In this document: positions 39,408 to 54,400 of the stretch, in pieces | How the letters are laid out: each line of letters starts with the position of its first letter | How positions within the stretch are numbered: the stretch's first letter is position 1 | Assembly (NCBI GenBank): GCA_964016885.1 | Contig: CAXHJY010001472.1 | Coordinates: forward strand, 434,001 to 498,000 | Direction: 5' to 3' | DNA: 64,000 nt | DNA from: Eledone cirrhosa | Taxonomy: Eukaryota | Program-made: the position numbers and the translations under genes | Notes under the pieces: model-generated | Seen by the model: only the letters and a program-made list of their open reading frames with translations | What the model was told of the DNA's origin: nothing | Databases searched by the model: none

Positions 39408-42400
39408 AAATTATCTCCCCTTGGACGGCTGGAAATTATCTCCCCTTGGACGGCTAGAAATTACCTCTCCTTGGACGGCTGAAAATTATCTCCCCTTGGA
39501 CGGCTGCAAATTATCTCCCCTTGATTTTTTTTACAAATTATCTCCCCTTGATTTTTTTTTACAAATTATCTCCCCCTGATTTTTTTTACAAATTATCTCC
39601 CCCTGATTTTTTTTTACAAATTATCTCCCCCTGATTTTTTTTTTACAAATTATCTCCCCCTGATTTTTTTACAAATTATCTCCCCCTGATTTTTTTACAA
39701 ATTATCTCCCCCTGATTTTTTTCACAATCTCCGCCTGATTTTTTTAAAAATTATCTTCCCTTGGCTGGCGGGAAATTATCTCCCCTTGGACGGCTGGAAA
39801 TTATCTCCCCTTGGAAGGATGGAAATTATCTCCCCTTGGACGGCTGGAAATTATCTCCCCTTGCACGGCTGGAAATTATCTCCCCTTGGACAGCTGGAAA
39901 TTATCTGCCCTTGATTTTGTTTTTACAAATTATCTCCCCCTGATTTTTTTTACAAATTATCTCCACCTGATTTTTAAAAAAATTATCTCCCCTTGGACGG
40001 CTGGAAATTATCTCCCCTTGGCTGGAAATTATCTCCCCTTGGACGGCTAGAAATTATCTCTCTTTGGACGGCTGGAAATTATCTCCCTTTGATTTTTTTA
40101 ACAAATTATCTCCCTCTGATTTTTTTTACAAATCTCCCCCTGATTTTTTAAAAAAAATTATCTCCCCTTCGCTGGCTGGAAATTGTCCCCCCTTGGACAC
40201 TGGAAATTATAGCCCCCTGGAGGGCTGGAAATTATCTTCCCTTGGACGGCTGGAAATGATCTCCCCTTGATTTTTTTACAAATTATCTCCCCCTGATTTT
40301 TTTTTACAAATTATCTCCCCCTGATTTTTTTTACAAATTATCTCCCACTGATTTTTTTTTACAAATTATCTCCCCCTGATATTTTTTTACAAATTATCTC
40401 CGCCTGATTTTTTAAAAAAATTATCTCCCCTTGGACGGCTGGAAATTATCTCCCCTTGGACGGCTGGAAATTATCTCCCCTTGGACGGCTAGAAATTACC
40501 TCTCCTTGGATGGCTGAAAATTATCTCCCCTTGGACGGCTGCAAATTATCTCCCCTTGATTTTTTTTACAAATTATCTCCCCCTGATTTTTTTTTTACAA
40601 ATTATCTCCCCCTGATTTTTTTTTTACAAATCTCCGCCAGATTTTTAAAAAAATTTATCTCCCGTTGGACGGCTGGAAATTATCTCCCCTTGGACGGCTG
40701 GAAATTATCTTCCCTTGGACGGCTAGAAATTACCTCTCCTTGGACGGCTGAAAATCATCTCCCCTTGGACGGCTGGAAATTATCTCCCCTTGATTTTTTT
40801 ACAAATTATCTGCCCCTGATTTTTTTTTTACAAATTATCTCCCCCTGATTTTTTTTACAAATTATCTACCCCTGATTTTTTTTACAAATTATCTCCCCCT
40901 GATTTTTTTAAAAATGATCTCCCCTTGGACGGCTGGAAATGATCTCCCCTTGGCTGGTTGGAAATTATCTCCCCTTGGACCGCTAGAAATTATCTCTCCT
41001 TGGACGGCTGGAAATTATCTCCCCTTGATTTTTTTTACAAATCTCCCCCTAATTTAAAAAAAAATTATCTCCCCTTCGCTGGCTGGAAATTATCTCCCTT
41101 TGGACGGCTGGAAATTATAGCCCCTTGTAGGGCTGGAAATTATCTCCCCTTGGACGGCTGGAAATTATCTCCCCTTGATTTTTTTTTACAAATTATCTCC
41201 CCCTGATTTTTTAAAAAATGATCTCCCCTTGGACGGCTGGAAATGATCTCCCCTTGGCTGGTTGGAAATTATCTCCCCTTGGACCGCTAGAAATTATCTC
41301 TCCTTGGACGGCTGGAAATTATCTCCCCTTGATTTTTTTACAAATTATCTCCCCCTGATTTTTTTTACAAATCTCCCAGTGATTTTTTAAAAAAATTATC
41401 TCCCCTCCGCTGGCTGGAAATTATCTCCCCTTGGACGGCTGGAAATTATCTCCCCTTGATTTTTTTACAAATTATCTCCCCCTGATTTTTTTTTTACAAA
41501 TTATCTCCCCCTGATTTTTTTTTACAAATTATCTCCCCCTGATTTTTTTTAACAAATTATCTCCGCCTGATTTTTTTAAAAAAATTATCTCCCCTTGGAC
41601 GGCTGGAAATTATCTCCCCTTGGACGGCTGGAAATTATCTCCCCTTGATTTTTTTTACAAATTATCTCCCCCTGATATTTTTTTACAAATTATCTCCCCC
41701 AGATTTTTTTTTACAAATTATCTGCCCCTGATTTTTTTTAACAAATTATCTCCCCTTGGACGGCTGGAAATTATCTCCCCTTGGACGGCTGGAAATTATC
41801 TCCCCTTGGACGGCTAGAAATTACCTCTCCTTGGACGGCTGAAAATTATCTCCCCTTGGACGGCTGCAAATTATCTCCCCTTGATTTTTTTTACAAATTA
41901 TCTCCCCCTGATTTTTTTTACAAATTATCTCCCCCTGATTTTTTTTTACAAATTATCTCCCCCTGATTTTTTTTTTACAAATTATCTCCCCATGATTTTT
42001 TTACAAATTATCTCCCCCTGATTTTTTTTACAATCTCCGCCTGATTTTTTTTTAAATTATCTTCCCTTGGCTGGCTTGAAATTATCTCCCCTTGGACGGC
42101 TGGAAATTATCTCCCCTTGGAAGGATGGAAATTATCTCCCCTTGAACGGCTGGAAATTATCTCCCCTTGCACGGCTGGAAATTATCTCCCCTTGGACAGC
42201 TGGAAATTATCTGCCCTTGATTTTGTTTTTACAAATTATCTTCCCCTGATTTTTTTTACAAATTATCTCCACCTGATTTTTTAAAAAATTATCTCCCCTT
42301 GGACGGCTGGAAATTATCTCCCCTTGGCTGGAAATTATCTCCCCTTGGACGGCTAGAAATTATCTCTCTTTGGACGGCTGGAAATTATCTCCCTTTGATT

Positions 42401-45400
42401 TTTTTAACAAATTATCTCCCTCTGATTTTTTTTACAAATCTCCCCCTGATTTTTTTTAAAAAATTATCTCCCCTTCGCTGGCTGGAAATTATCTCCCCTT
42501 GGACACTGGAAATTATAGCCCCCTGGAGGGCTGGAAATTATCTTCCCTTGGACGGCTGGAAATTATCTCCCCTTGATTTTTTTACAAATTATCTCCCCCT
42601 GATTTTTTTTTACAAATTATCTACCCCTGATTTTTTTTACAAATTATCTCCCCCTGATTTTTTTTTACAAATTATCTCCCCCTGATATTTTTTTTACAAA
42701 TTATCTCCGCCTGATTTTTTTAAAAAAATTATCTCCCCTTGGACGGCTGGAAATTATCTCCCCTTGGACGGCTGGAAATTATCTCCCCTTGGACGGCTAG
42801 AAATTACCTCTCCTTGGACGGCTGAAAATTATCTCCTCTTGGACGGCTGCAAATTATCTCCCCTTGATTTTTTTTACAAATTATCTCCCCCTGATTTTTT
42901 TTTTACAAATTATCTACCCCTGATTTTTTTTACAAATTATCTCCGCCTGATTTTTTTTTACAAATTATCTCCCCCTGATTTTTTTTTACAAATTATCTCC
43001 CCCTGATTTTTTTTTTACAAATTATCTCCCCCTGATTTTTTTACAAATTATCTCCCCCTGATTTTTTTTACAATCTCCGCCTGATTTTTTTAAAAATTAT
43101 CTTCCCTTGGCTGGCGGGAAATTATCTCCCCTTGGACGGCTGGAAATTATCTCCCCTTGGAAGGATGGAAATTATCTCCCCTTGGACGGCTGGAAATTAT
43201 CTCCCCTTGCACGGCTGGAAATTATCTCCCCTTGGACAGCTGGAAATTATCTGCCCTTGATTTTGTTTTTACAAATTATCTCCCCCTGATTTTTTTTACA
43301 AATTATCTCCACCTGATTTTTTAATAAATTGTCTCCCCTTGGACGGCTGGAAATTATCTCCCCTTGGCTGGAAATTATCTCCCCTTGGACGGCTAGAAAT
43401 TATCTCTCTTTGGACGGCTGGAAATTATCTCCCTTTGATTTTTTTAACAAATTATCTCCCTCTGATTTTTTTTACAAATCTCCCCCTGATTTTTTAAAAA
43501 AAATTATCTCCCCTTCGCTGGCTGGAAATTATCTCCCCTTGGACACTGGAAATTATAGCCCCCTGGAGGGCTGGAAATTATCTCCCCTTGGACGGCTGCA
43601 AATTATCTCCCCTTGATTTTTCTTACAAATTATCTCCCCTTGATTTTTTTTTACAAATTATCTCCCCCTGATTTTTTTTACAAATTATCTCCCCCTGATT
43701 TTTTTTTACAAATTATCTCCCCCTGATTTTTTTACAAATTATCTCCCTCTGATTTTTTTTTACAAATTATCTCCGCCTGATTTTTTAAAATATTATCTTC
43801 CCTTGGCTGGCGGGAAATTAGCTCCCCTTGGACGGCTGGAAATTATCTCCCCTTGCACTGCTGGAAATTATCTCTCCTTGGACGGCTGGAAATTATCTGC
43901 CCTTGATTTTGTTTTTACAAATTATCTTCCCCTGATTTTTTTAACAAATTATCTCCACCTGATTTTTAAAAAAATTATCTCCCCTCGGACGGCTGGAAAT
44001 TATCTCCCCTTGGTTTGAAATTATCTCCCCTTGGACGGCTAGAAATGATCTCTCTTTGGACGGCTGGAAATTATCTCCCTTGATTTTTTTTACAAATTAT
44101 CTCCCCCTGATTTTTTTACAAATTATCTCCCCCTGATTATTTTTACAATCTCCGCCTGATTTTTTTAAAAATAATCTCCCCTTGGACGGCTGGAAATGAT
44201 CTCCCCTTGGACGCTGGAAATTATAGCCCCTTGGAGGGCTGGAAATTATCTTCCCTTGGACGGCTGGAAATTATCTCCCCTTGATTTTTTTTACAAATTA
44301 TCTCCCCCTGATTTTTTTTTACAAATTATCTCCCCCTGATTTTTTTTTACAAATTATCTCCCCCTGATTTTTTTTTTACAAATTATCTCCCCCTGATTTT
44401 TTTACAAATTATCTCCCCCTGATTTTTTTTACGATCTCCGCCTGATTTTTTTAAAAATTATCTTCCCTTGGCTGGCGGGAAATTATCTCCCCTTGGACGG
44501 CTGGAAATTATCTCCCCTTGGAAGGATGGAAATTATCTCCCCTTGGACGGCTGGAAATTATCTCCCCTTGCACGGCTGGAAATTATCTCCCCTTGGACAG
44601 CTGGAAATTATCTGCCCTTGATTTTGTTTTTACAAATTATCTCCCCCTGATTTTTTTTACAAATTATCCGCCTGATTTTTTAAAATATTATCTTCCCTTG
44701 GCTGGCGGGAAATTAGCTCCCCTTGGACGGCTGGAAATTATCTCCCCTTGCACTGCTGGAAATTATCTCCCCTTGGACGGCTGGAAATTATCTGCCCTTG
44801 ATTTTGTTTTTACAAATTATCTTCCCCTGATTTTTTTTACAATCTCCGCCTGATTTTTTTAAAAATTATCTTCCCTTGGCTGGCGGGAAATTATCTCCCC
44901 TTGGACGGCTGGAAATTATCTCCCCATGGAAGGATGGAAATTATCTCCCCTTGGACGGCTGGAAATTATCTCCCCTTGCACGGCTGGAAATTATCTCCCC
45001 TTGGACAGCTGGAAATTATCTGCCCTTGATTTTGTTTTTACAAATTATCTCCCCCTGATTTTTTTTACAAATTATCTCCACCTGATTTTTTAAAAAATTA
45101 TCTCCCCTTGGACGGCTGGAAATTATCTCCCCTTGGACGGCTAGAAATTATCTCTCTTTGGACGGCTGGAAATTATCTCCCTTTGATTTTTTTAACAAAT
45201 TATCTCCCTCTGATTTTTTTTACAAATCTCCCCCTGATTTTTTAAAAAAAATTATCTCCCCTTCGCTGGCTGGAAATTATCTCCCCTTGGACACTGGAAA
45301 TTATAGCCCCCTGGAGGGCTGGAAATTATCTTCCCTTGGACGGCTGGAAATTATCTCCCCTTGATTTTTTTACAAATTATCTCCCCCTGATTTTTTTTTA

Positions 45401-48400
45401 CAAATTATCTCCCCCTGATTTTTTTTACAAATTATCTCCCCCTGATTTTTTTTACAAATTATCTCCCCCTGATATTTTTTTTACAAATTATCTCCGCCTG
45501 ATTTTTTAAAAAAAATTATCTCCCCCTGATTTTTTTTTACAAATTATCTCCCCCTGATTTTTTTTTTACAAATTATCTCCCCCTGATTTTTTTACAAATT
45601 ATCTCCCCCTGATTTTTTTTACAATCTCCGCCTGATTTTTTTAAAAATTATCTTCCCTTGGCTGGCGGGAAATTATCTCCCCTTGGACGGCTGGAAATTA
45701 TCTCCCCTTGCACGGCTGGAAATTATCTCCCCTTGGACAGCTGGAAATTATCTGCCCTTGATTTTGTTTTTACAAATTATCTCCCCCTGATTTTTTTTAC
45801 AAATTATCTCCACCTGATTTTTTTAAAAATTATCTCCCCTTGGACGGCTGGAAATTATCTCCCCTTGGACGGCTAGAAATTATCTCTCTTTGGACGGCTG
45901 GAAATTATCTCCCTTTGATTTTTTTAACAAATTATCTCCCTCTGATTTTTTTTACAAATCTCCCCCTGATTTTTAAAAAAAAATTATCTCCCCTTCGCTG
46001 GCTGGAAATTATCTCCCCTTGGACACTGGAAATTATCTCCCCTTGGACGGCTGGATATTATCTCCCCTTGATTTTTTTTACAAATTATCTCCCCCTGATT
46101 TTTTTTTAGAAAATTATCTCCCCTGATTTTTTTTTTACAAATTATCTCCCCCTGATTTTTTTACAAATTATCTCCCCCTGATTTTTTTACAAATTATCTC
46201 CGCCTGATTTTTTAAAAAATTATCTTCCCTTGGCTGGCGGGAAATTATCTCCCCTTGGACGGCTGGAAATTATCTCCCCTTGGAAGGATGGAAATTATCT
46301 CCCCTTGGACGGCTGGAAATTATTGCCCCTTGCACGGCTGGAAATTATCTCCCCTTGGACAGCTGGAAATTATCTGCCCTTGATTTTGTTTTTACAAATT
46401 ATCTCCCCCTGATTTTTTTTACAAATTATCTCCACCTGATTTTTTAAAAAATCATCTCCCCTTGGACGGCTGGAAATTATCTCCCCTTGGCTGGAAATTA
46501 TCTCCCCTTGGACGGCTAGAAATTATCTCTCTTTGGACGGCTGGAAATTATCTCCCTTTGATTTTTTTAACAAATTATCTCCCTCTGATTTTTTTTACAA
46601 ATTATCTTCCCTTGGCTGGCGGGAAATTATCTCCCCTTGGACGGCTGGAAATTATCTCCCCTTGGAAGGATGGAAATTATCTCCCCTTGGACGGCTGGAA
46701 ATTATCTCCCCTTGGACGGCTGAAAATTATCTCCCCTTGATTTTTTTACAAATTATCTCCCCCTGATTTTTTTTTACAAATTATCTCCCCCTGATTTTTT
46801 TTTTATAAATTATCTCTCCCTGATTTTTTTTTACAAATATCTCCCCTTGGCTGGCTGGAAATTATCTCATCTTGGCTGGCTGGAAATTATCTCCCCTTGG
46901 ACGGTTGGAAATTATCTCCCCTTGGACGGCTGGAAATTATCTCCCCTTGGACGGCTGGAAATTATCTCCTCTTGGACTGTTGGAAATTATCTCCCCTTGG
47001 ACGGCTGGAAATTATCTGCCCTTGATTTTTTTTTACAAATTATCTCCCCCTGATTTTTTTAAAAATGATCTCCCCTTGGACGGCTGGAAATGATCTCCCC
47101 TTGGCTGGTTGGAAATTATCTCCCCTTGGACCGCTAGAAATTATCTCTCCTTGGACGGCTAGAAATTATCTCCCCTTGATTTTTTTACAAATTATCTCCT
47201 CCTGATCTTTTTTACAAATCTCCCAGTGATTTTTTTAAAAAAATTATCTCCCCTTCGCTGGCTGGAAATTATCTCCCCTTGGACGCTGGAAATTATAGCC
47301 CCTTGGAGGGCTGGAAATTATCTTCCCTTGGACGGCTGGAAATTATCTCCCCTTGATTTTTTTTACAAATTATCTCCCCCTGATTTTTTTTACAAATTAT
47401 CTCCCCCTGATTTTTTTACAAATTATCTTCCCTTGGCTGGCGGGAAATTATCTCCCCTTGGACGGCTGGAAATTATCTCCCCTTGGAAGGATGGAAATTA
47501 TCTCCCCTTGGACGGCTGGAAATTATCTCCCCTTGGACGGCTGAAAATTATCTCCCCTTGATTTATTTTTACAAATTATCTCCCCCTGATTTTTTTTTAC
47601 AAATTATCTCCCCCTGATTTTTTTTTTATAAATCTCCGCCTGATTTTTTACAAAAATTATCTCCCCTTGGACGGCTGGAAATTATCTCCCCTTGGACGGC
47701 TGGAAATTATCTTCCCTTGGACGGCTAGAAATTACCTCTCCTTGGACGGCTGAAAATTATCTCCCCTTGGACGGCTGGAAATTATCTCCCCTTGATTTTT
47801 TTACAAATTATCTGCCCCTGATTTTTTTTTACAAATTATCTCCCCCTGATTTTTTTTTTACAAATTATCTCCCCCTGATTTTTTTAAAAATGATCTCCCC
47901 TTGGACGGCTGGAAATGATCTCCCCTTGGCTGGTTGGAAATTATCTCCCCTTGGACCGCTAGAAATTATCTCTCCTTAGACGGCTGGAAATTATAGCCCC
48001 TTGTAGGGCTGGAAATTATCTCCCCTTGGACGGCTGGAAATTATCTCCCCTTGATTTTTTTTACAAATTATCTCCCCCTGATTTTTTTTAAAATGATCTC
48101 CCCTTGGACGGCTGGAAATGATCTCCCCTTGGCTGGTTGGAAATTATCTCCCCTTGGACCGCTAGAAATTATCTCTCCTTGGACGGCTGGAAATTATCTC
48201 CCCTTGATTTTTTTACAAATTATCTCCCCCTGATTTTTTTTACAAATCTCCCAGTGATTTTTAAAAAAAATTTTCTCCCCTTCGCTGGCTGGAAATTATC
48301 TCCCCTTGGACGCTGGAAATTATAGCCCCTTGGAGGGCTGGAAATTATCTTCCCTTGGACGGCTGGAAATTATCTCCCCTTGATTTTTTTTTACAAATTA

Positions 48401-51400
48401 TCTCCCCCTGATTTTTTTTTACAAATTATCTCCCCCTGATTTTTTTTTACAAATTATCTCCCCCTGATTTTTTTAAAAAAATTATCTCCACTTGGACGGC
48501 TGGAAATTATCTCCCCTTGGACGGCTGAAAATTATCTCCCCTTGGACGGCTGCAAATTATCTCCCCTTGATTTTTTTTACAAATTATCTCCCCCTGATTT
48601 TTTTTTTCAAATTATCTACCCTTGATTTTTTTTTACAAATTATCTCCCCCGGATTTTTTTTACAAATTATCTCCCCCTGATTTTTTTTTACAAATTATCT
48701 CCCCCTGATTTTTTTTACAAATTATCTCCCCCTGATTTTTTTTTACAAATTATCTCCCCCTGATATTTTTTTACAAATTATCTCCGCCTGATTTTTTAAA
48801 AAAAATTATCTCCCCCTGATTTTTTTTTACAAATTATCTCCCCCTGATTTTTTTTTTACAAATTATCTCCCCCTGATTTTTTTACAAATTATCTCCCCCT
48901 GATTTTTTTTACAATCTCCGCCTGATTTTTTAAAAAATTATCTTCCCTTGGCTGGCGGGAAATTATCTCCCCTTGGACGGCTGGAAATTATCTCCCCTTG
49001 GAAGGATGGAAATTATCTCCCCTTGGACGGCTGGAAATTATCTCCCCTTGCACGGCTGGGAATTATTTCCCCTTGGACAGCTGGAAATTATCTGCCCTTG
49101 ATTTTGTTTTTACAAATTATCTCCCCCTGATTTTTTTTACAAATTATATCCACCTGATTTTTTAAAAAATTATCTCCCCTTGGACGGCTGGAAATTATCT
49201 CCCCTTGGCTGGAAATTATCTCCCCTTGGACGGCTAGAAATTATCTCTCTTTGGACGGCTGGAAATTATCTCCCTTTGATTTTTTTAACAAATTATCTCC
49301 CTCTGATTTTTTTTACAAATCTCCCCCTGATTTTTTAAAAAAAATTATCTCCCCTTCGCTGGCTGGAAATTATCTCCCCTTGGACACTGGAAATTATAGC
49401 CCCCTGGAGGGCTGGAAATTATCTTCCCTTGGACGGCTGGAAATTATCTCCCCTTGATTTTATTACAAATTATCTCCCCCTGATTTTTTTTTACAAATTA
49501 TCTCCCCCTGATTTTTTTTACAAATTATCTCCCCCTGATTTTTTTTACAAATTATCTCCCCCTGATATTTTTTTTACAAATTATCTCCGCCTGATTTTTT
49601 TAAAAAAATTATCTCCCCCTGATTTTTTTTTACAAATTATCCCCCCCTGATTTTTTTTTTACAAATTATCTCCCCCTGATTTTTTTACAAATTATCTCCC
49701 CCTGATTTTTTTTACAATCTCCGCCTGATTTTTTTAAAGATTATCTTCCCTTGGCTGGCGGGAAATTATCTCCCCTTGGACGGCTGGAAATTATCTCCCC
49801 TTGGAAGGATGGAAATTATCTCCCCTTGGACGGCTGGAAATTATCTCCCCTTGCACGGCTGGAAATTATCTCCCCTTGGACAGCTGGAAATTATCTGCCC
49901 TTGATTTTGTTTTTACAAATTATCTCCCCCTGATTTTTTTTACAAATTATCTCCACCTGATTTTTTAAAAAATTATCTCCCCTTGGACGGCTGGAAATTA
50001 TCTCCCCTTGGACGGCTAGAAATTATCTCTCTTTGGACTGCTGGAAATTATCTCCCTTTGATTTTTTTAACAAATTATCTCCCTCTGATTTTTTTTACAA
50101 ATCTCCCCCTGATTTTTTAAAAAAAATTATCTCCCCTTCGCTGGCTGGAAATTATCTCCCCTTGGACACTGGAAATTATCTCCTCTTGGACGGCTGGATA
50201 TTATCTCCCCTTGATTTTTTTTACAAATTATCTCCCCCTGATTTTTTTTTACAAATTATCTCCCCTGATTTTTTTTTTACAAATTATCTCCCCCTGATTT
50301 TTTTACAAATTATCTCCCCCTGATTTTTTTACAAATTATCTCCGCCTGATTTTTTAAAAAATTATCTTCCCTTGGCTGGCGGGAAATTATCTCCCCTTGG
50401 ACGGCTGGAAATTATCTCCACTTGGAAGGATGGAAATTATCTCCCCTTGGACGGCTGGAAATTATCTTCCCTTGCACCATTGGAAATTATCTCCCCCTTT
50501 GACGGCTAAAAATTATCTCCCCTTGATTTTTTTTTACAAATTATCTCCCCTTGATTTTTTTTTACAAATTATGTCCCCCTGATTTTTTTTTTACAAATTA
50601 TCTCCGCCTGATTTTTTTTAAAAATTATCTCCCCTTGGACGGCTGGAAATTATCCCCCCTTGGACGGCTAGAAATTACCTCTCCTTGGACGGCTGAAAAT
50701 TATCTCCCCTTGGACGGCTGGAAATTATCTCCCCTTGATTTTTTTACAAATTATCTGCCCCTGATTTTTTTTTTTACAAATTATCTCCCCCTGATTTTTT
50801 TTTACAAATTATCTCCCCCTGATTTTTTTTACAAATTATCTCCCCCTGATTTTTTTTTTACAAATTATCTCCCCCTGATTTTTTTACAAATTATCTCCTG
50901 ATTTTTTTTACATATTATCTCTGCCTCATTTTTTTAAATATTATCTTCCCTTGGCTGGCGGGAAATTATCTCCCCTTGGACGGCTGGAAATTATCTCCCC
51001 TTGCACTGCTGGAAATTATCTCCCCTTGGACGGCTGGAAATTATCTGCCCTTGATTTTGTTTTTACAAATTATCTTCCCCTGATTTTTTTTACAAATTAT
51101 CTCCACCTGATTTTTTAAAAAATTATCTCCCCTCGGACGGCTGGAAATTATCTCCCCTTGGCTGGAAATTATCTCCCCTTGGACGGCTGGAAATTATCTC
51201 CCCTTGATTTTTTTTACAAATTATCTCCCCTTGATTTTTTTACAAATTATCTCCCCCTGATTTTTTTTACAATCTCCGCCTGATTTTTTTAAAAATGATC
51301 TCCCCTTGGACGGCTGGAAATGATCTCCCCTTGGACGCTGGAAATTATAGCCCCTTGGAGGGCTGGAAATTATCTTCCCTTGGACGGCTGGAAATTATCT

Positions 51401-54400
51401 CCCCCTGATTTTTTTTTACAAATTATCTCCCCCTGATATTTTTTTACAAATTATCTCCGCCTGATTTTTTAAAAAAAATTAACTCCCCCTGATTTTTTTT
51501 TACAAATTATCTCCCCCTGATTTTTAAAAAAATTATCTTCCCTTGGCTGGCGGGAAATTATCTCCCCTTGGACGGCTGGAAATTATCTCCCCTTGGAAGG
51601 ATGGAAATTATCTCCCCTTGGACGGCTGGAAATTATTCCCCCTTGCACGGCTGGAAATTATCTCCCCTTGGACAGCTGGAAATTATCTGCCCTTGATTTT
51701 GTTTTTACAAATTATCTCCCCCTGATTTTTTTTACAAATTATCTGCACCTGATTTTTTAAAAAATTATCTCCCCTTGGACGGCTGGAAATTATCTCCCCT
51801 TGGCTGGAAATTATCTCCCCTTGGACACTGGAAATTATAGCCCCTTGGAGGGCTGCAAATTATCTTCCCTTGGACGGCTGGAAATTATCTCCCCTTGGAA
51901 GAATGGAAATTATCTCCCCTTGGACGGCTGGAAATTATCTCTCCTTGGACGGCTGAAAATTATCTCCCCTTGATTTTTTTTTACAAATTATCTCCCCCTG
52001 ATTTTTTTTACAAATTATCTCCCCCTGATTTTTTTTTTACAAATTATCTCCCCCTGATTTTTTTACAAATTATCTCCCCCTGATTTTTTTTACATATTAT
52101 CTCCGCCTGATTTTTTTAAATATTATCTTCCCTTGGCTGGCGGGAAATTATCTCCCCTTGGACGGCTGGAAATTATCTCCCCTTGCACTGCTGGAAATTA
52201 TCTTCCCTTGGACGGCTGGAAATTATCTGCCCTTGATTTTGTTTTTACAAATTATCTTCCCCTGATTTTTTTTACAAATTATCTCCACCTGATTTTTTAA
52301 AAAATTATCTCCCCTCGGACGGCTGGAAATTATCTCCCCTTGGCTGGAAATTATCTCCCCTTGGACGGCTGGAAATTATCTCCCCTTGATTTTTTTTACA
52401 AATTATCTCCCCCTGATTTTTTTACAAATTATCTCCCCCTGATTTTTTTTACAATCTCCGCCTGATTTTTTAAAAAATGATCTCCCCTTGGACGGCTGGA
52501 AATGATCTCCCCTTGGCTGGTTGGAAATTATCTCCCCTTGGACCGCTAGAAATTATCTCTCCTTGGACGGCTGGAAATTATCTCCCCTTGATTTTTTTAC
52601 AAATTATCTCCCCCTGATTTTTTTTACAAATCTCCCAGTGATTTTTAAAAAAAAATTATCTCCCCTTCGCTGGCTGGAAATTATCTCCCCTTGGACGCTG
52701 GAAATTATAGCCCCCTTGGAGGGCTGGAAATTATCTTCCCTTGGACGGCTGGAAATTATCTCCCCTTGATTTTTTTACAATTTATCTCCCCCTGATTTTT
52801 TTTTACAAATTATCTCCCCCTGATTTTTTTTTTATAAATTATCTCCGCCTGATTTTTTTAAAAAAATTATCTCCCCTTGGACGGCTGGAAATCATCTCCC
52901 CTTGGACGGCTGGAAATTATCTCCCCTTGGACGGCTAGAAATTACCTCTCCTTGGACGGCTGAAAATTATCTCCCCTTGGACGGCTGCAAATTATCTCCC
53001 CTTGATTTTTTTTACAAATTATCTCCCCCTGATTTTTTTTACAAATTATCTCCCCCTGATTTTTTTTTACAAATTATCTACCCCTGATTTTTTTTACAAA
53101 TTATCTCCCCCTGATTTTTTTTTACAAATTATCTCTCCCTGATTTTTTTTACAAATTATCTCCCCCTGATTTTTTTTTTACAAATTATCTCCCCCTGATT
53201 TCTTTACAAATTATCTCCCCCTGATTTTTTTTACAATCTCCGCCTGATTTTTTAAAAAATTATCTTCCCTTGGCTGGCGGGAAATTATCTCCCCTTGGAC
53301 GGCTGGAAATTATCTCCCCTTGGAAGGATGGAAATTATCTCCCCTTGGACGGCTGGAAATTATCTCCCCTTGCACGGCTGGAAATTATCTCCCCTTGGAC
53401 AGCTGGAAATTATCTGCCCTTGATTTTGTTTTTACAAATTATCTCCCCCTGATTTTTTTTACAAATTATCTCCACCTGATTTTTTTAAAAATTATCTCCC
53501 CTTGGACGGCTGGAAATGATCTCCCCTTGGCTGGAAATTATCTCCCCTTGGACGGCTAGAAATTATCTCTCTTTGGACGGCTGGAAATTATCTCCCTTTG
53601 ATTTTTTAAACAAATTATCTCCCTCTGATTTTTTTTACAAATCTCCCCCTGATTTTGTAAAAAAAATTATCTCCCCTTCGCTGGCTGGAAATTATCTCCC
53701 CTTGGACACTGGAAATTATAGCCCCTTGGAGGGCTGGAAATTATCTTCCCTTGGACGGCTGGAAATTATCTCCCCTTGATTTTTTTTACAAATTATCTCC
53801 CCCTGATTTTTTTTTTTACAAATTATCTCCCCCTGATTTTTTTACAAATTATCTCCCCCTGATTTTTTTTACAAATTATCTCCGCCTGATTTTTTTAAAT
53901 ATTATCTTCCCTTGGCTGGCGGGAAATTATCTCCCCTTGGACGGCTGGAAATTATCTCCCCTTGGACGGCTAGAAATTACCTCTCCTTGGACGGCTGAAA
54001 ATTATCTTCCCTTGGACGGCTGGAAATTATCTCCCCTTGATTTTTTTACAAATTACCTCCCCCTGATTTTTTTTTACAAATTATCTCCCCCTGATTTTTT
54101 TTACAAATTATCTCCCCCTGATTTTTTTTTACAAATTATCTCCCCCTGATATTTTTTTACAAATTATCTCCGTCTGATTTTTTAAAAAAAATTATCTCCC
54201 CTTGGACGGCTGGAAATTATCTCCCCTTGGACGGCTGGAAATTATCTCCCCTTGGACGGCTAGAAATTACCTGTCCTTGGACGGCTGAAAATTATCTCCC
54301 CTTGGACGGCTGCAAATTATCTCCCCTTGATTTTTTTTACAAATTATCTCCCCTTGATTTTTGTTACAAATTATCTCCCCCTGATTTTTTTTTACAAATT

